From assembly GCA_963715335.1 (NCBI GenBank), contig CAVQRZ010000013.1:1-13946 (forward strand): a DNA stretch of 13,946 nucleotides, read 5' to 3'. The notes under the pieces are model-generated. The model was given only the letters and a program-made list of their open reading frames with translations. It did no database searches and was not told the DNA's origin. The DNA comes from an uncultured delta proteobacterium. Its GTDB lineage: Bacteria; Desulfobacterota; Desulfuromonadia; Desulfuromonadales; BM103. Shown piece by piece: positions 1-7,683 of the stretch; positions within the stretch are counted from its first letter, which is position 1, and each line of letters begins with the position of its first letter. Both the position numbers and the translations under genes were made by a program.

Positions 1-81
1 GGAATCGAACCCACCAGGGACGGGATACGCCCCCCATCGGTTTTGAAGACCGAGCGCGCCACCAGGCTACGAACTACTCCC
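1..81 (-). tRNA. selC: tRNA-Sec (anticodon UCA), 3' end cut off by the window edge
   Basis: Reverse complement reads GGGAGTAGTTCGTAGCCTGGTGGCGCGCTCGGT-CTTCAAA-ACCGATGGGGGGCGTATCCCGTCCCTGGTGG-GTTCGATTCC. It shows a TCGGT/ACCGA anticodon stem, a UCA anticodon at 44-46, an extended D-stem with a TGGT loop, a long variable arm and a GTTCGATTC T-loop. It lies next to a selenium-metabolism gene. Confidence 0.95.
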
Positions 82-88
82 TTAAAAG

Positions 89-670
89 CTACAAGCGAAT
101 GATGCTGCCAGCCCCTTCCAGGGCGTTCACCAGTTCCAGCATGTTGGAGACTCTGCCGACGACCAGGGAGTCCTTGGCGTCAAAATACTCCAGGCAAAGA
201 CCGCATGATGCGATGTCGACACCGCGACTGGCAAGTTCCTCCAGGGGTTCGAGGACCTCGGAGCCTCCGATCGTCAGCCTGACGCCGCTGTTGACACAGT
301 AAATGGCGTCGGGGACGAGATCTGCTTCGGTCAGGGTGAAGATAAAGTTTTTCATCAGGACCTGGCCGAGCTTGGGGTCGCCGGACCCCATCTGGTCTGA
401 ACCGATAAAGATAATCCTCGGTCCGGTCGCAGGTGCGGTGGCGTGACTCTGCAGTTTCTCTCCCGGGCTCAGCTCAAGCCGGATCGCTGGCCCTGATTCT
501 TCAGCCCTGATGCGGTATCCCATGGTCGTTGCCAGGCGCGAGACATTGTCCTGGCAGACCTGGTCGTCAACCAAAACTTCCAGCACGCTGCCAGGTTCTG
601 CCAGCATGGTTTTGCGGGTCTGGATAACAGGTTGCGGGCATTGCTGGCCGCGGCAGTCGATGGTTTTCAT
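89..670 (-). CDS. yedF: Sulfurtransferase-like selenium metabolism protein YedF (N-terminal TusA/SirA domain plus C-terminal DsrE-like domain)
   Basis: TusA-type start IDCRGQQCPQPV (CPxP). DsrE-like part has SDQMGSGDPKLGQVLM, NSGVRL, SCGLCLEYF and VGRVSNM. RBS GGGGAG (675-680, minus strand). Adjacent to selC. Confidence 0.88.
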   Translation of the reverse strand: MKTIDCRGQQCPQPVIQTRKTMLAEPGSVLEVLVDDQVCQDNVSRLATTMGYRIRAEESGPAIRLELSPGEKLQSHATAPATGPRIIFIGSDQMGSGDPKLGQVLMKNFIFTLTEADLVPDAIYCVNSGVRLTIGGSEVLEPLEELASRGVDIASCGLCLEYFDAKDSLVVGRVSNMLELVNALEGAGSIIRL

Positions 671-698
671 TTAGCTCCCCAGATTAAACTTTCGCCAC

Positions 699-727
699 AC
701 TATATATGGAAACCTTTATGTTGGCAA
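699..727 (-). promoter_or_regulatory. Putative sigma70 promoter for yedF-selC
   Basis: Minus strand TTGCCA (727-722), 17-nt spacer, TATAGT (704-699), about 30 nt upstream of the yedF ATG. Confidence 0.6.
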
Positions 728-738
728 GCAGGCTCTGC

Positions 739-768
739 TTGACATGTAGCCGGATACGTCCGTAAACT
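739..768 (+). promoter_or_regulatory. Putative sigma70 promoter for ispG, divergent from the yedF promoter
   Basis: TTGACA (739-744), 18-nt spacer, TAAACT (763-768). Confidence 0.55.
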
Positions 769-799
769 CGAAAATCTTCATGGGCAATTGGATTCTTTT

Positions 800-898
800 T
801 TAACGCAAAGACGCAAAGGGCGCTAAGAGAACCAGCTTTAAAAGGTTTTGATCGCTTTGCGACTTTCCTTTGCCTTTCAGTGCTTTACTTTGCGTTAA
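800..898. repeat. ~100-bp inverted-repeat element built from CGCAAAG/CTTTGCG heptamers (REP/MITE-like)
   Basis: Perfect 11-bp terminal inverted repeat TTAACGCAAAG (800-810) / CTTTGCGTTAA (888-898). Left arm has CGCAAAG twice plus CGCTAAG. Right arm has CTTTGCG (855-861), CTTTGCC (868-874) and CTTTGCG (888-894). Confidence 0.7.
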
Positions 899-937
899 TT
901 GTTTTCCAGGGTTTGTTTCGTCTTTTAGGGTGGCCAT

Positions 938-2002
938 TTGAGACGTCGGACACGCAAAATCCAGGTCGGCAATGTGGCGGTTGGTGGTGACGCGCCGATC
1001 TCGGTGCAGTCGATGTGCAATACCGATACCCGTGATATTACCGCGACCGGTGCGCAAATAGCGGCCCTTGCTCAAGCCGGTTGCGAAATCGTGCGCTGTG
1101 CCGTTCCCGATCAGGCGGCAGCGCAAGCCTTGAAGGCGATCTGCGCCCAGAGCCCGTTGCCGATGATTGCCGACATTCATTTCGATTACCGTCTGGCACT
1201 GATGTCGCTGGAGGCAGGGGTCGCTGGCTTGCGGCTCAACCCCGGCAATATCGGTGCACGCTGGAAGGTCGAAGAGGTCGTCAAGGCCTGCGCCGAGCGC
1301 GCTGTGCCGATCCGTATCGGGGTAAATGCCGGATCGCTGGAAAAGGAATTGCTGGAAGAGTACGGCCACCCGACCGCTGAAGCGATGGTGGCCAGCGCGC
1401 TCTCCCATATCCGTATCCTGGAAGAGCTGGGTTATCGCGAGATCAAGGTCAGCCTCAAGGCCTCTGATGTGCAGCGCACCGTTGCTGCCTACCGTCTGCT
1501 CGCCGAGCAGGTCGATTATCCGATGCATATCGGGATCACCGAGGCCGGGACGACCTGGAGCGGCACGATCAAAAGCGCCGTGGGCCTCGGCGCCCTGCTC
1601 TACGACGGAATCGGCGACACGCTACGGATCTCACTCACAGGGGATCCCGTCGAAGAGGTACGGGTCGGTTGGGAGATTTTGAAAAGTCTCGAACTGCGCG
1701 AACGCGGCCCGGTGTTTATCAGTTGCCCGACCTGCGGTCGTTGCGAAATCGATCTGATCGAGATTGCCGAAGAAGTCGAGCGGCGATTGCACAGCTTGCC
1801 GATGCGCATAACGATCGCGGTTATGGGTTGCGGGGTCAACGGCCCCGGTGAAGCGCGCGAAGCGGACCTCGGTATCGCCGGTGGCAAGGGCCAGGGCCTG
1901 CTGTTTCGCAAAGGTCAAGTGGTGCGCAAGGTGCCGCAGGCCGAACTTGCCGATGCCCTCGTCGAAGAAGCCTTGTCCCTGGCCGAAGACCGTAAGCCCT
2001 GA
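938..2002 (+). CDS. ispG: 4-hydroxy-3-methylbut-2-en-1-yl diphosphate synthase (flavodoxin/ferredoxin), GcpE
   Basis: Motifs VGGDAPISVQSMCNT, ADIHFDY, RLNPGNIG, IRIGVNAGSL, GIGDTLRISL and Fe-S ligands SCPTCGRC and MGCGVNGPGE. TTG start after AGGGTGG. Confidence 0.97.
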   Translation: MRRRTRKIQVGNVAVGGDAPISVQSMCNTDTRDITATGAQIAALAQAGCEIVRCAVPDQAAAQALKAICAQSPLPMIADIHFDYRLALMSLEAGVAGLRLNPGNIGARWKVEEVVKACAERAVPIRIGVNAGSLEKELLEEYGHPTAEAMVASALSHIRILEELGYREIKVSLKASDVQRTVAAYRLLAEQVDYPMHIGITEAGTTWSGTIKSAVGLGALLYDGIGDTLRISLTGDPVEEVRVGWEILKSLELRERGPVFISCPTCGRCEIDLIEIAEEVERRLHSLPMRITIAVMGCGVNGPGEAREADLGIAGGKGQGLLFRKGQVVRKVPQAELADALVEEALSLAEDRKP

Positions 2003-2016
2003 GCCTGCATCACAAC

Positions 2017-2045
2017 TTGCAATCCCCCTCGAAATAGGCTAATTT
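2017..2045 (+). promoter_or_regulatory. Possible internal sigma70 promoter for proS
   Basis: TTGCAA (2017-2022), 17-nt spacer, TAATTT (2040-2045), in the 100-nt ispG-proS gap. Confidence 0.4.
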
Positions 2046-2102
2046 CAGAGGCCTTCTCTAATCAACTGTGAGAGGGTTATTCTCTTATTCAGAGGTTGAC
2101 CG

Positions 2103-3830
2103 ATGCGTTATTCCCAGTACTTTTTACCGACGTTGAAAGAAACTCCCGGTGATGCTGAAGTCGTCAGCCACCAGTTAATGGCCCGGGCCGGTATGATCCG
2201 CAAGGTGGCGGCCGGTATTTATGACTACCTGCCTTTCGGCTTGCGGGTGATCCGCAAGGTCGAGAATATCGTTCGCGAAGAGATGAATCGCGCCGGCGCC
2301 ATTGAATTGCTGATGCCTGCAGTCAACCCTGCTGATTTGTGGCAACAATCAGGGCGCTGGCAGCAGTACGGCAAGGAGTTGCTGCGTTTCAAGGACCGCA
2401 AGGAGACCGATTTCTGTATCGGTCCCACCCACGAAGAAGTCGTGACGGAAATCGTCCGTGGCACGGTGAACTCCTATCGCCAGCTGCCGCTGAATCTCTA
2501 CCAGATCCAGACCAAGTTCCGTGACGAGATCCGCCCACGCTTCGGTCTGATGCGCGGCCGGGAATTCATCATGAAAGACGCCTATTCTTTCGATATCGAT
2601 GACGCCGGCGCGGATCTTTCGTACAAAAAGATGTATGACGCCTATCGGCGGATATTCATGCGCTGCGGCCTGGAATTTCGCGCTGTTGAAGCGGACTCCG
2701 GAGCGATCGGCGGCAGTTTCTCCCATGAATTCATGGTCCTTGCCGAAACCGGCGAGGACGCCATTGTCTCCTGCAATAGCTGTGACTACGCGGCCAATGT
2801 CGAAAAGGCCGAACTGCGTGCCCCGGTCGGGGAAGCCCCGGCCCCGGCCATGGAGCTGGGCAAGGTCGCGACACCAAATCTGAAAAGCATTGAAGATGTC
2901 GCCGCGTTCCTGAATGAAAATCCGCAGAAGATGGTCAAGACCCTGATGCTGCAGAACGAGCGTGAAGAGAACATCGCCGTGCTGATGCGCGGGGATCACA
3001 AGCTCAATGAGGTCAAACTGTGCAACTTCCTCGGCTGCAACCACCTGCAGATGGCCGACGAAGCGCTGGTCAGGAAGCTGACCGGTGCCCCGACCGGTTT
3101 CTCCGGACCGATCGGTTTGACCTGCCGTGTCCTGGCCGATCAGGCCCTGGCGATATTGAGTGACTTCGGCCTTGGCGCCAATGAGGAGAATTTCCACCTG
3201 ACCGGCGCCAACCACGGTCGGGATTTTCAGGTTGAGGCTTTTGTCGACCTGCGCGAGGCGCAGGCCGGCGACCCCTGTCCGCGCTGTAACGGTCGGTTGG
3301 AGACCTGGCGCGGCATTGAAGTCGGCCACGTCTTTAAACTCGGGACCAAGTACTCGGACGCAATGCATGCCACGGTCCTTGATGGCCAGGGCAAGGAACG
3401 AACGCTGGTCATGGGTTGCTACGGCATCGGTGTCGGCCGGACTGCGGCGGCAGCGATAGAGCAGAACCACGACGAGAACGGCATCATCTGGCCGATGCCG
3501 CTGGCGCCGTTCCAGGTGATCGTGACCCTGCTCAACCCGAATGATGAGACCGTCCTCGGTGCCGGGGAAACACTGTATGGACAGCTGCTCGCTGAAGGCC
3601 TGGAGGTTCTGCTCGACGATCGAGATGAGCGTCCGGGGAGCAAATTCAAGGATGCCGAGCTGCTTGGCATCCCGCTGCGTGTGACGGTCGGCGCCCGTGG
3701 GCTGAAAGAGCAGTCTTTTGAACTGCAAGATCGACGCTCTGGCGAGAACTCCATGCTGCCGGTCGCTGGCGCCGCAGAAATGATCGTTGCCCAGGTGCGT
3801 GCCGCCTTGTCCGCTTCAATGGGGGCGTAG
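2103..3830 (+). CDS. proS: Proline--tRNA ligase, bacterial type with INS editing domain
   Basis: PTLKETPGDAEVVSHQLM, GPTHEE, motif 2 KFRDEIRPRFGLMRGREFIMKDAYSF, GIEVGHVFKLGTKYS, MGCYGIGVGR and anticodon-binding DDRDERPGSKFKDAELLGIP. RBS GAGG. Confidence 0.98.
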   Translation: MRYSQYFLPTLKETPGDAEVVSHQLMARAGMIRKVAAGIYDYLPFGLRVIRKVENIVREEMNRAGAIELLMPAVNPADLWQQSGRWQQYGKELLRFKDRKETDFCIGPTHEEVVTEIVRGTVNSYRQLPLNLYQIQTKFRDEIRPRFGLMRGREFIMKDAYSFDIDDAGADLSYKKMYDAYRRIFMRCGLEFRAVEADSGAIGGSFSHEFMVLAETGEDAIVSCNSCDYAANVEKAELRAPVGEAPAPAMELGKVATPNLKSIEDVAAFLNENPQKMVKTLMLQNEREENIAVLMRGDHKLNEVKLCNFLGCNHLQMADEALVRKLTGAPTGFSGPIGLTCRVLADQALAILSDFGLGANEENFHLTGANHGRDFQVEAFVDLREAQAGDPCPRCNGRLETWRGIEVGHVFKLGTKYSDAMHATVLDGQGKERTLVMGCYGIGVGRTAAAAIEQNHDENGIIWPMPLAPFQVIVTLLNPNDETVLGAGETLYGQLLAEGLEVLLDDRDERPGSKFKDAELLGIPLRVTVGARGLKEQSFELQDRRSGENSMLPVAGAAEMIVAQVRAALSASMGA

Positions 3831-3834
3831 AGCG

Positions 3835-5067
3835 GTGAGCGAGATAAGGATCGAAAAGGGCGGCAAGCTGCTGCTGCCGTCGACGGCTTTGAAATCGCTG
3901 GGTGACCAGCCGTTGAGGCTGTCCTCCTGTTCCGGCCAGCATCTGCTGCTGGAATCTGCGGCAAGTGCCGACAAGGTATTGATGACCGGCCTGGTCGGGG
4001 AAGTCGGCATTGTTGACCTGCTCTCGTTTTTCAACATGTTCCGCAAGTCAGGGCTGTTGCAGTTCGAGCTGTCAGGGGGCAGCAAGGGCCTTTATTTCCA
4101 GAAAGGTGAGATCGTCTACGCAACTAGCAACTTTCCGGAAGAGGAGATCGGCGAAATACTTTACAGCCTCGGCAAATTCGATCGGGAAATTCTGCAGGGC
4201 GCCCGCCAGTTTGCCAACGGCGAAATCCCGCTGGGCAAGATCCTGGTCGACCAGGGGATCATCACTTCCCAGGATCTCTGGGCCGCGACCAAAAACCAGG
4301 TGGAGACGATCACCTACAACCTGTTTGCCTTTCATGATGGCTCCTATCTGTACACCAATATCAAGCCGGATGAAAACCAGGTCGTCAGGCTTTCCATGAC
4401 CACCCAGAATCTGATCATGGAAGGGTTAAGACGGGTTGATGAGCGGGCCTTGTACATTCAGAAGATCAAGTCGCTCGACGCTATGCCGGTGGCCACCGGC
4501 AAGGTCCCCAATGACCTTGACAGCATCTCTCAGAGAATGGTCGCCCTGGCCCAGTCGGGGGTCAGCGATGTCAGCGAGCTGTTGCGTCGTTCAGGGTCCG
4601 GTGAATTCGATGCTCTGAGGTTGCTCAGCCAGTTGGTTGAACGCGGCGTGGTGAAGATGGAAGAGGCCCCGACTGTCGCCGTCGAGGGAGTCCTCGGTGA
4701 AGTGGTCAAGATCTTCAACGGTGTCCTGGTGGCCATGCACGGCGTGGTCTCGGCCAAGAACCCCCAGTTCCGTGAGGAGATTTCGCGATTCCTGCGCGAC
4801 CTGCCGCAACCGTTCTCGTACGTGTTCAGACAAACCGCACTGAAGGAAGACGGCTCGATAGATGGCGGCCGTATACTTGCCAACCTGGCTGGCCTCGAGG
4901 AAGGTGACAAACTACGCCTGCTCTCCGAGTCCCTCAGCGAACTGGTCTACATGGAATGCATCGCCGCTCGCCGTGAGCTTGGCGCCGTAGACTCTGCCGA
5001 ACTGATCAAGCGCGTCCAGGACGTCTCGCAGAGAGTCCGGGACCTGATAGGAAACCGTGATGAATAG
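3835..5067 (+). CDS. DUF4388 (PATAN-like) domain protein with AbrB-like N-terminus, degenerate MshEN-like tandem motif and winged-helix-like segment
   Basis: Likely GTG start at 3835, 4 nt after the proS stop; the ORF-track start at 3787 overlaps proS. DUF4388-type pattern GLVGEVGIVDLLSFFNMFRKSGLLQF...KGLYFQKGEIVYATS...LFAFHDGSYLY...LIMEGLRRVDE. Its stop overlaps the pyrF start. Confidence 0.78.
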   Translation: MSEIRIEKGGKLLLPSTALKSLGDQPLRLSSCSGQHLLLESAASADKVLMTGLVGEVGIVDLLSFFNMFRKSGLLQFELSGGSKGLYFQKGEIVYATSNFPEEEIGEILYSLGKFDREILQGARQFANGEIPLGKILVDQGIITSQDLWAATKNQVETITYNLFAFHDGSYLYTNIKPDENQVVRLSMTTQNLIMEGLRRVDERALYIQKIKSLDAMPVATGKVPNDLDSISQRMVALAQSGVSDVSELLRRSGSGEFDALRLLSQLVERGVVKMEEAPTVAVEGVLGEVVKIFNGVLVAMHGVVSAKNPQFREEISRFLRDLPQPFSYVFRQTALKEDGSIDGGRILANLAGLEEGDKLRLLSESLSELVYMECIAARRELGAVDSAELIKRVQDVSQRVRDLIGNRDE

Positions 5068-5788
5068 TGCCAAACAAAAATTGATCTTCGCTCTTGATGT
5101 CGACAGCCTGGAAGATGCCCGCAACTGGGTTGAAAAGCTGCAGGAACAGGTCGGGGTCTTCAAAATCGGCAAGCAGCTCTTTACCCGGTGTGGCCCTGAT
5201 GTGGTCCGCCTGGTTCAGGATGGCGGCAGTGATGTGTTCCTCGACCTGAAATACCATGACATTCCGAATACCGTGGCCATGGCCGGTCTCGAGGCCCTGC
5301 GGCTTGGGGTCAGGATGTTCAACGTTCATGCCCTGGGCGGCTTTGAAATGATGGCGAAGCTGGTGGCTGAAATCGACAAGGAGTGTCCGCGCGGCAATCC
5401 GAACCGCCCGATCCTGCTGGCGGTGACGATTCTCACCTCGTCGAATGAAGAGACCCTGCGCGGGGTCGGCATCGATCGGCCCGTACAGGTCATGGTGCCC
5501 AAGCTCGCCAGGCTGGCCAAAGATGCCGGCATGGACGGCGTGGTCGCATCGCCGCAAGAAGTGGGCCTGATCCGTGATGCTTGCGGGGAGGATTTCCTGA
5601 TCGTTACGCCCGGTGTCCGGCCGACGTTCGCCGCCAAGGATGATCAGAAGCGCGTGACGACCCCCGGAGAGGCCCTGCGCTCAGGGGCCGATTACCTGGT
5701 GATCGGACGGCCAATCTCTGCGGCGGCGGATCCTGCCTTGGCGGCCGGTATGATCCTGCAGGAAATGCAGGCAGCTCTGGACGAATAA
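5060..5788 (+). CDS. pyrF: Orotidine 5'-phosphate decarboxylase
   Basis: KLIFALD, FKIG, catalytic FLDLKYHDIPNTV, AVTILTS, DGVVAS, VTPGVRP, DDQKRVTTP and VIGRPI. ATG at 5060 (alternatively GTG 5057) after AGGA. Confidence 0.97.
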   Translation: MNSAKQKLIFALDVDSLEDARNWVEKLQEQVGVFKIGKQLFTRCGPDVVRLVQDGGSDVFLDLKYHDIPNTVAMAGLEALRLGVRMFNVHALGGFEMMAKLVAEIDKECPRGNPNRPILLAVTILTSSNEETLRGVGIDRPVQVMVPKLARLAKDAGMDGVVASPQEVGLIRDACGEDFLIVTPGVRPTFAAKDDQKRVTTPGEALRSGADYLVIGRPISAAADPALAAGMILQEMQAALDE

Positions 5789-6155
5789 AATCTCTCTGTC
5801 GCCTTAACTTTGCACGTTTTTTGCATCTTGTTGTCGAAGATTAAATGGGAGGGGTTATGGGGAATGTCTTCAGAAAACATGGTCTCCTGGCCTGCCAGCG
5901 AAATTCTTCCTGACGTAGTGGCTCCAGGTCGATTATTGAGAATGCGGCCATTGCAACACCTATGAAAAAGGCTGTCGCAGGCAAAACAGTGCTCCTTGAA
6001 CGTGTCGGTGCTGTTTGGCGAGATAAAGCGTGCTGCGGGACGTGTTCTCACGTGGTTATGAAAAACGGCTTCTGGTCAATCGTGACCAACCGTATACCTA
6101 AAGATGAATAGTGGGCAAAATGCGAGAGATAGCTTGCCAATTGGAGGGCCAGGGG

Positions 6156-7589
6156 ATGACAATGGACAAGGTCCTGATTGTCGATGACGATAAGTTTATC
6201 AGGAAAATTCTTCATGATGCCCTGGCGTGCCGTTACATAACGCTTGAGGCTGACAATGGCCAAACGGCTCTCGACCTGGTCTTCAGCGAGACCCCGGATC
6301 TCGTGATCCTCGATATCGAAATGCCGGGCATGAACGGCATTGAAGTCTGCAGGATCATCAAGGAGACCGAGCAGACAAAACGCATCCCGGTGCTCCTGAT
6401 TACCGCCCATACCAATCGCGAAGAGATCCTGCTCGGCCTGCAGACCGGCGCCGACGATTATATTACCAAGCCGGTCCACCCTCCGGAAGTTCTGGCGAGG
6501 GTCGATGCGCACCTTCTGTACAAGAACTATTACAACGAACTGGAGCGGCGTGATCTGCAGATGCTGCTCGAGCTCTATGACATTGTCACCGTGTTGCGCA
6601 ATCCGATGAAAATTCTGCGATTTGTCGTGGAAAAGATTGCTGATGTTATTGAAGTCGAACGGTGTTCAATTATCAGTGTCTGCAATGGCAATGAAATTAC
6701 CGTCAAGGCCTGCAACAACCTGCAGGAAAACAATGAACTCAGGCTGGATTTGAATCGCTATCCGGAAATACGCAAGGCGATAGAGACTCACAAAGCGGTA
6801 ATCGTCAACGATGTCAAGCTCGACCCACTGATGGAGCCGGTTCGCCAGCATGTTGCTGCTTTGAATCTCAATTCGCTCATCGTTATGCCAATCATCAAGA
6901 AAGAGGCCGTTATCGGCACCCTTTTCCTGCGCACGACAATGAAATTGAAAGACGGTATCTCCGAACGGATCAGCAAGCTTACTCATCTGGTCGCCAATAT
7001 CTCTGCAAACGCGCTGGAGAATGCGACCCTTTTCGAGTCGATGAAATCCGCCAAGGACCTGTTCGAAGAGATGGCGATTCGCGACGGGTTGAGCAAGCTT
7101 TTTACCCATCGACATTTTTATGAGCGGCTCGAGAAAGAATTCTCCCGTGCGGTCCGGCATCATGAGTCGCTGTCATTGATTTTTTTCGACATCGACGACT
7201 TCAAATTGGTCAACGATAAATATGGCCATATTCGTGGCGACGAAGTGATCAGGCAGATTGGGGTGATGATCAGGGAGTTTGTACGGGAAATCGATATTGC
7301 GGCACGTTACGGCGGTGAGGAATTCGTGATCCTGCTGCCCAAGACGGAAACCGCCGGGGCACTGGAACTGGCGCGCCGGATCAGTTTAAGTATCAGTTCG
7401 TTTCGGTACAAGGGGATGGGCGAGCAACAGATCACAATCAGTACCGGGATTGCAACTTTTCCCGGCGATGGCCAACAATCGTTCACTCAGCTTGTCGATC
7501 TGGCCAACCAATTGATGTTCAAGTCGAAAGCGGAGGGGAAAGACTGCATTTCAACCACGGATCAGACCACGTCGGTCAACAAGTCGTGA
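6156..7589 (+). CDS. Response-regulator diguanylate cyclase (REC-GAF-GGDEF)
   Basis: REC: VLIVDDD, LVILDIEMPGMNG (phospho-acceptor D), ITA, GADDYITKP. GAF-like middle: SLIVMPIIKKEAVIGTL, NALENATLF. GGDEF: RDGLSKLF, FDIDDFKLVNDKYGHIRGDEVI, REID (RxxD I-site) then ARYGGEEF. Start set at ATG 6156 after GGAGG (6143-6147); 6162 is also possible. Confidence 0.92.
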   Translation: MTMDKVLIVDDDKFIRKILHDALACRYITLEADNGQTALDLVFSETPDLVILDIEMPGMNGIEVCRIIKETEQTKRIPVLLITAHTNREEILLGLQTGADDYITKPVHPPEVLARVDAHLLYKNYYNELERRDLQMLLELYDIVTVLRNPMKILRFVVEKIADVIEVERCSIISVCNGNEITVKACNNLQENNELRLDLNRYPEIRKAIETHKAVIVNDVKLDPLMEPVRQHVAALNLNSLIVMPIIKKEAVIGTLFLRTTMKLKDGISERISKLTHLVANISANALENATLFESMKSAKDLFEEMAIRDGLSKLFTHRHFYERLEKEFSRAVRHHESLSLIFFDIDDFKLVNDKYGHIRGDEVIRQIGVMIREFVREIDIAARYGGEEFVILLPKTETAGALELARRISLSISSFRYKGMGEQQITISTGIATFPGDGQQSFTQLVDLANQLMFKSKAEGKDCISTTDQTTSVNKS

Positions 7590-7683
7590 TCCGGCATCGG
7601 GGTAAGGAGACAGAGATAATTTCGCAGCTGATCTGAACGGGCAGGATTGGAGTAGCCGATTACATCTAATCTAGGGGGGTCAC

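Noticed and set aside
800..1528. 242-aa minus-strand ORF
   Set aside because: Antisense shadow of ispG running through the repeat element; no recognisable motif.
2000..2002. Selenocysteine read-through at the TGA stops of ispG or the DGC
   Set aside because: Both TGA codons fall after complete domains, and no convincing SECIS or conserved downstream coding was seen.
2003..2102. T-box or attenuator upstream of proS
   Set aside because: The gap is only 100 nt, with no T-box motif or terminator.
2349..3728. 459-aa minus-strand ORF, plus similar antisense ORFs over pyrF, the DGC, pfk (10477-11301) and btuB
   Set aside because: They overlap well-supported genes on the opposite strand, as expected from codon bias, and show no domain signatures.
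5864..6111. Two overlapping small ORFs (33 aa at 5864-5965, 49 aa at 5962-6111), the second containing CCGTCSH
   Set aside because: Not a true CxxCH heme motif, and the second ORF has no signal peptide or clear RBS; probably chance.
5789..6155. c-di-GMP/cGAMP (GEMM) riboswitch upstream of the DGC
   Set aside because: GGCAAA occurs, but I could not find the GNRA-capped P2 stem and following conserved blocks. A cmscan search would settle it.
7180..7330. Hypr-type GGDEF making 3',3'-cGAMP, as in Geobacter GacA
   Set aside because: The guanine-specificity Asp is retained (GHIRGDEV) rather than replaced by Ser/Thr, and the neighbouring HD-GYP keeps a canonical RxxR (RPYR). Both fit ordinary c-di-GMP.
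7630..7665. FliA (sigma28)-like -10 box GCCGATTA before the HD-GYP gene
   Set aside because: No TAAA-type -35 box at the expected spacing.
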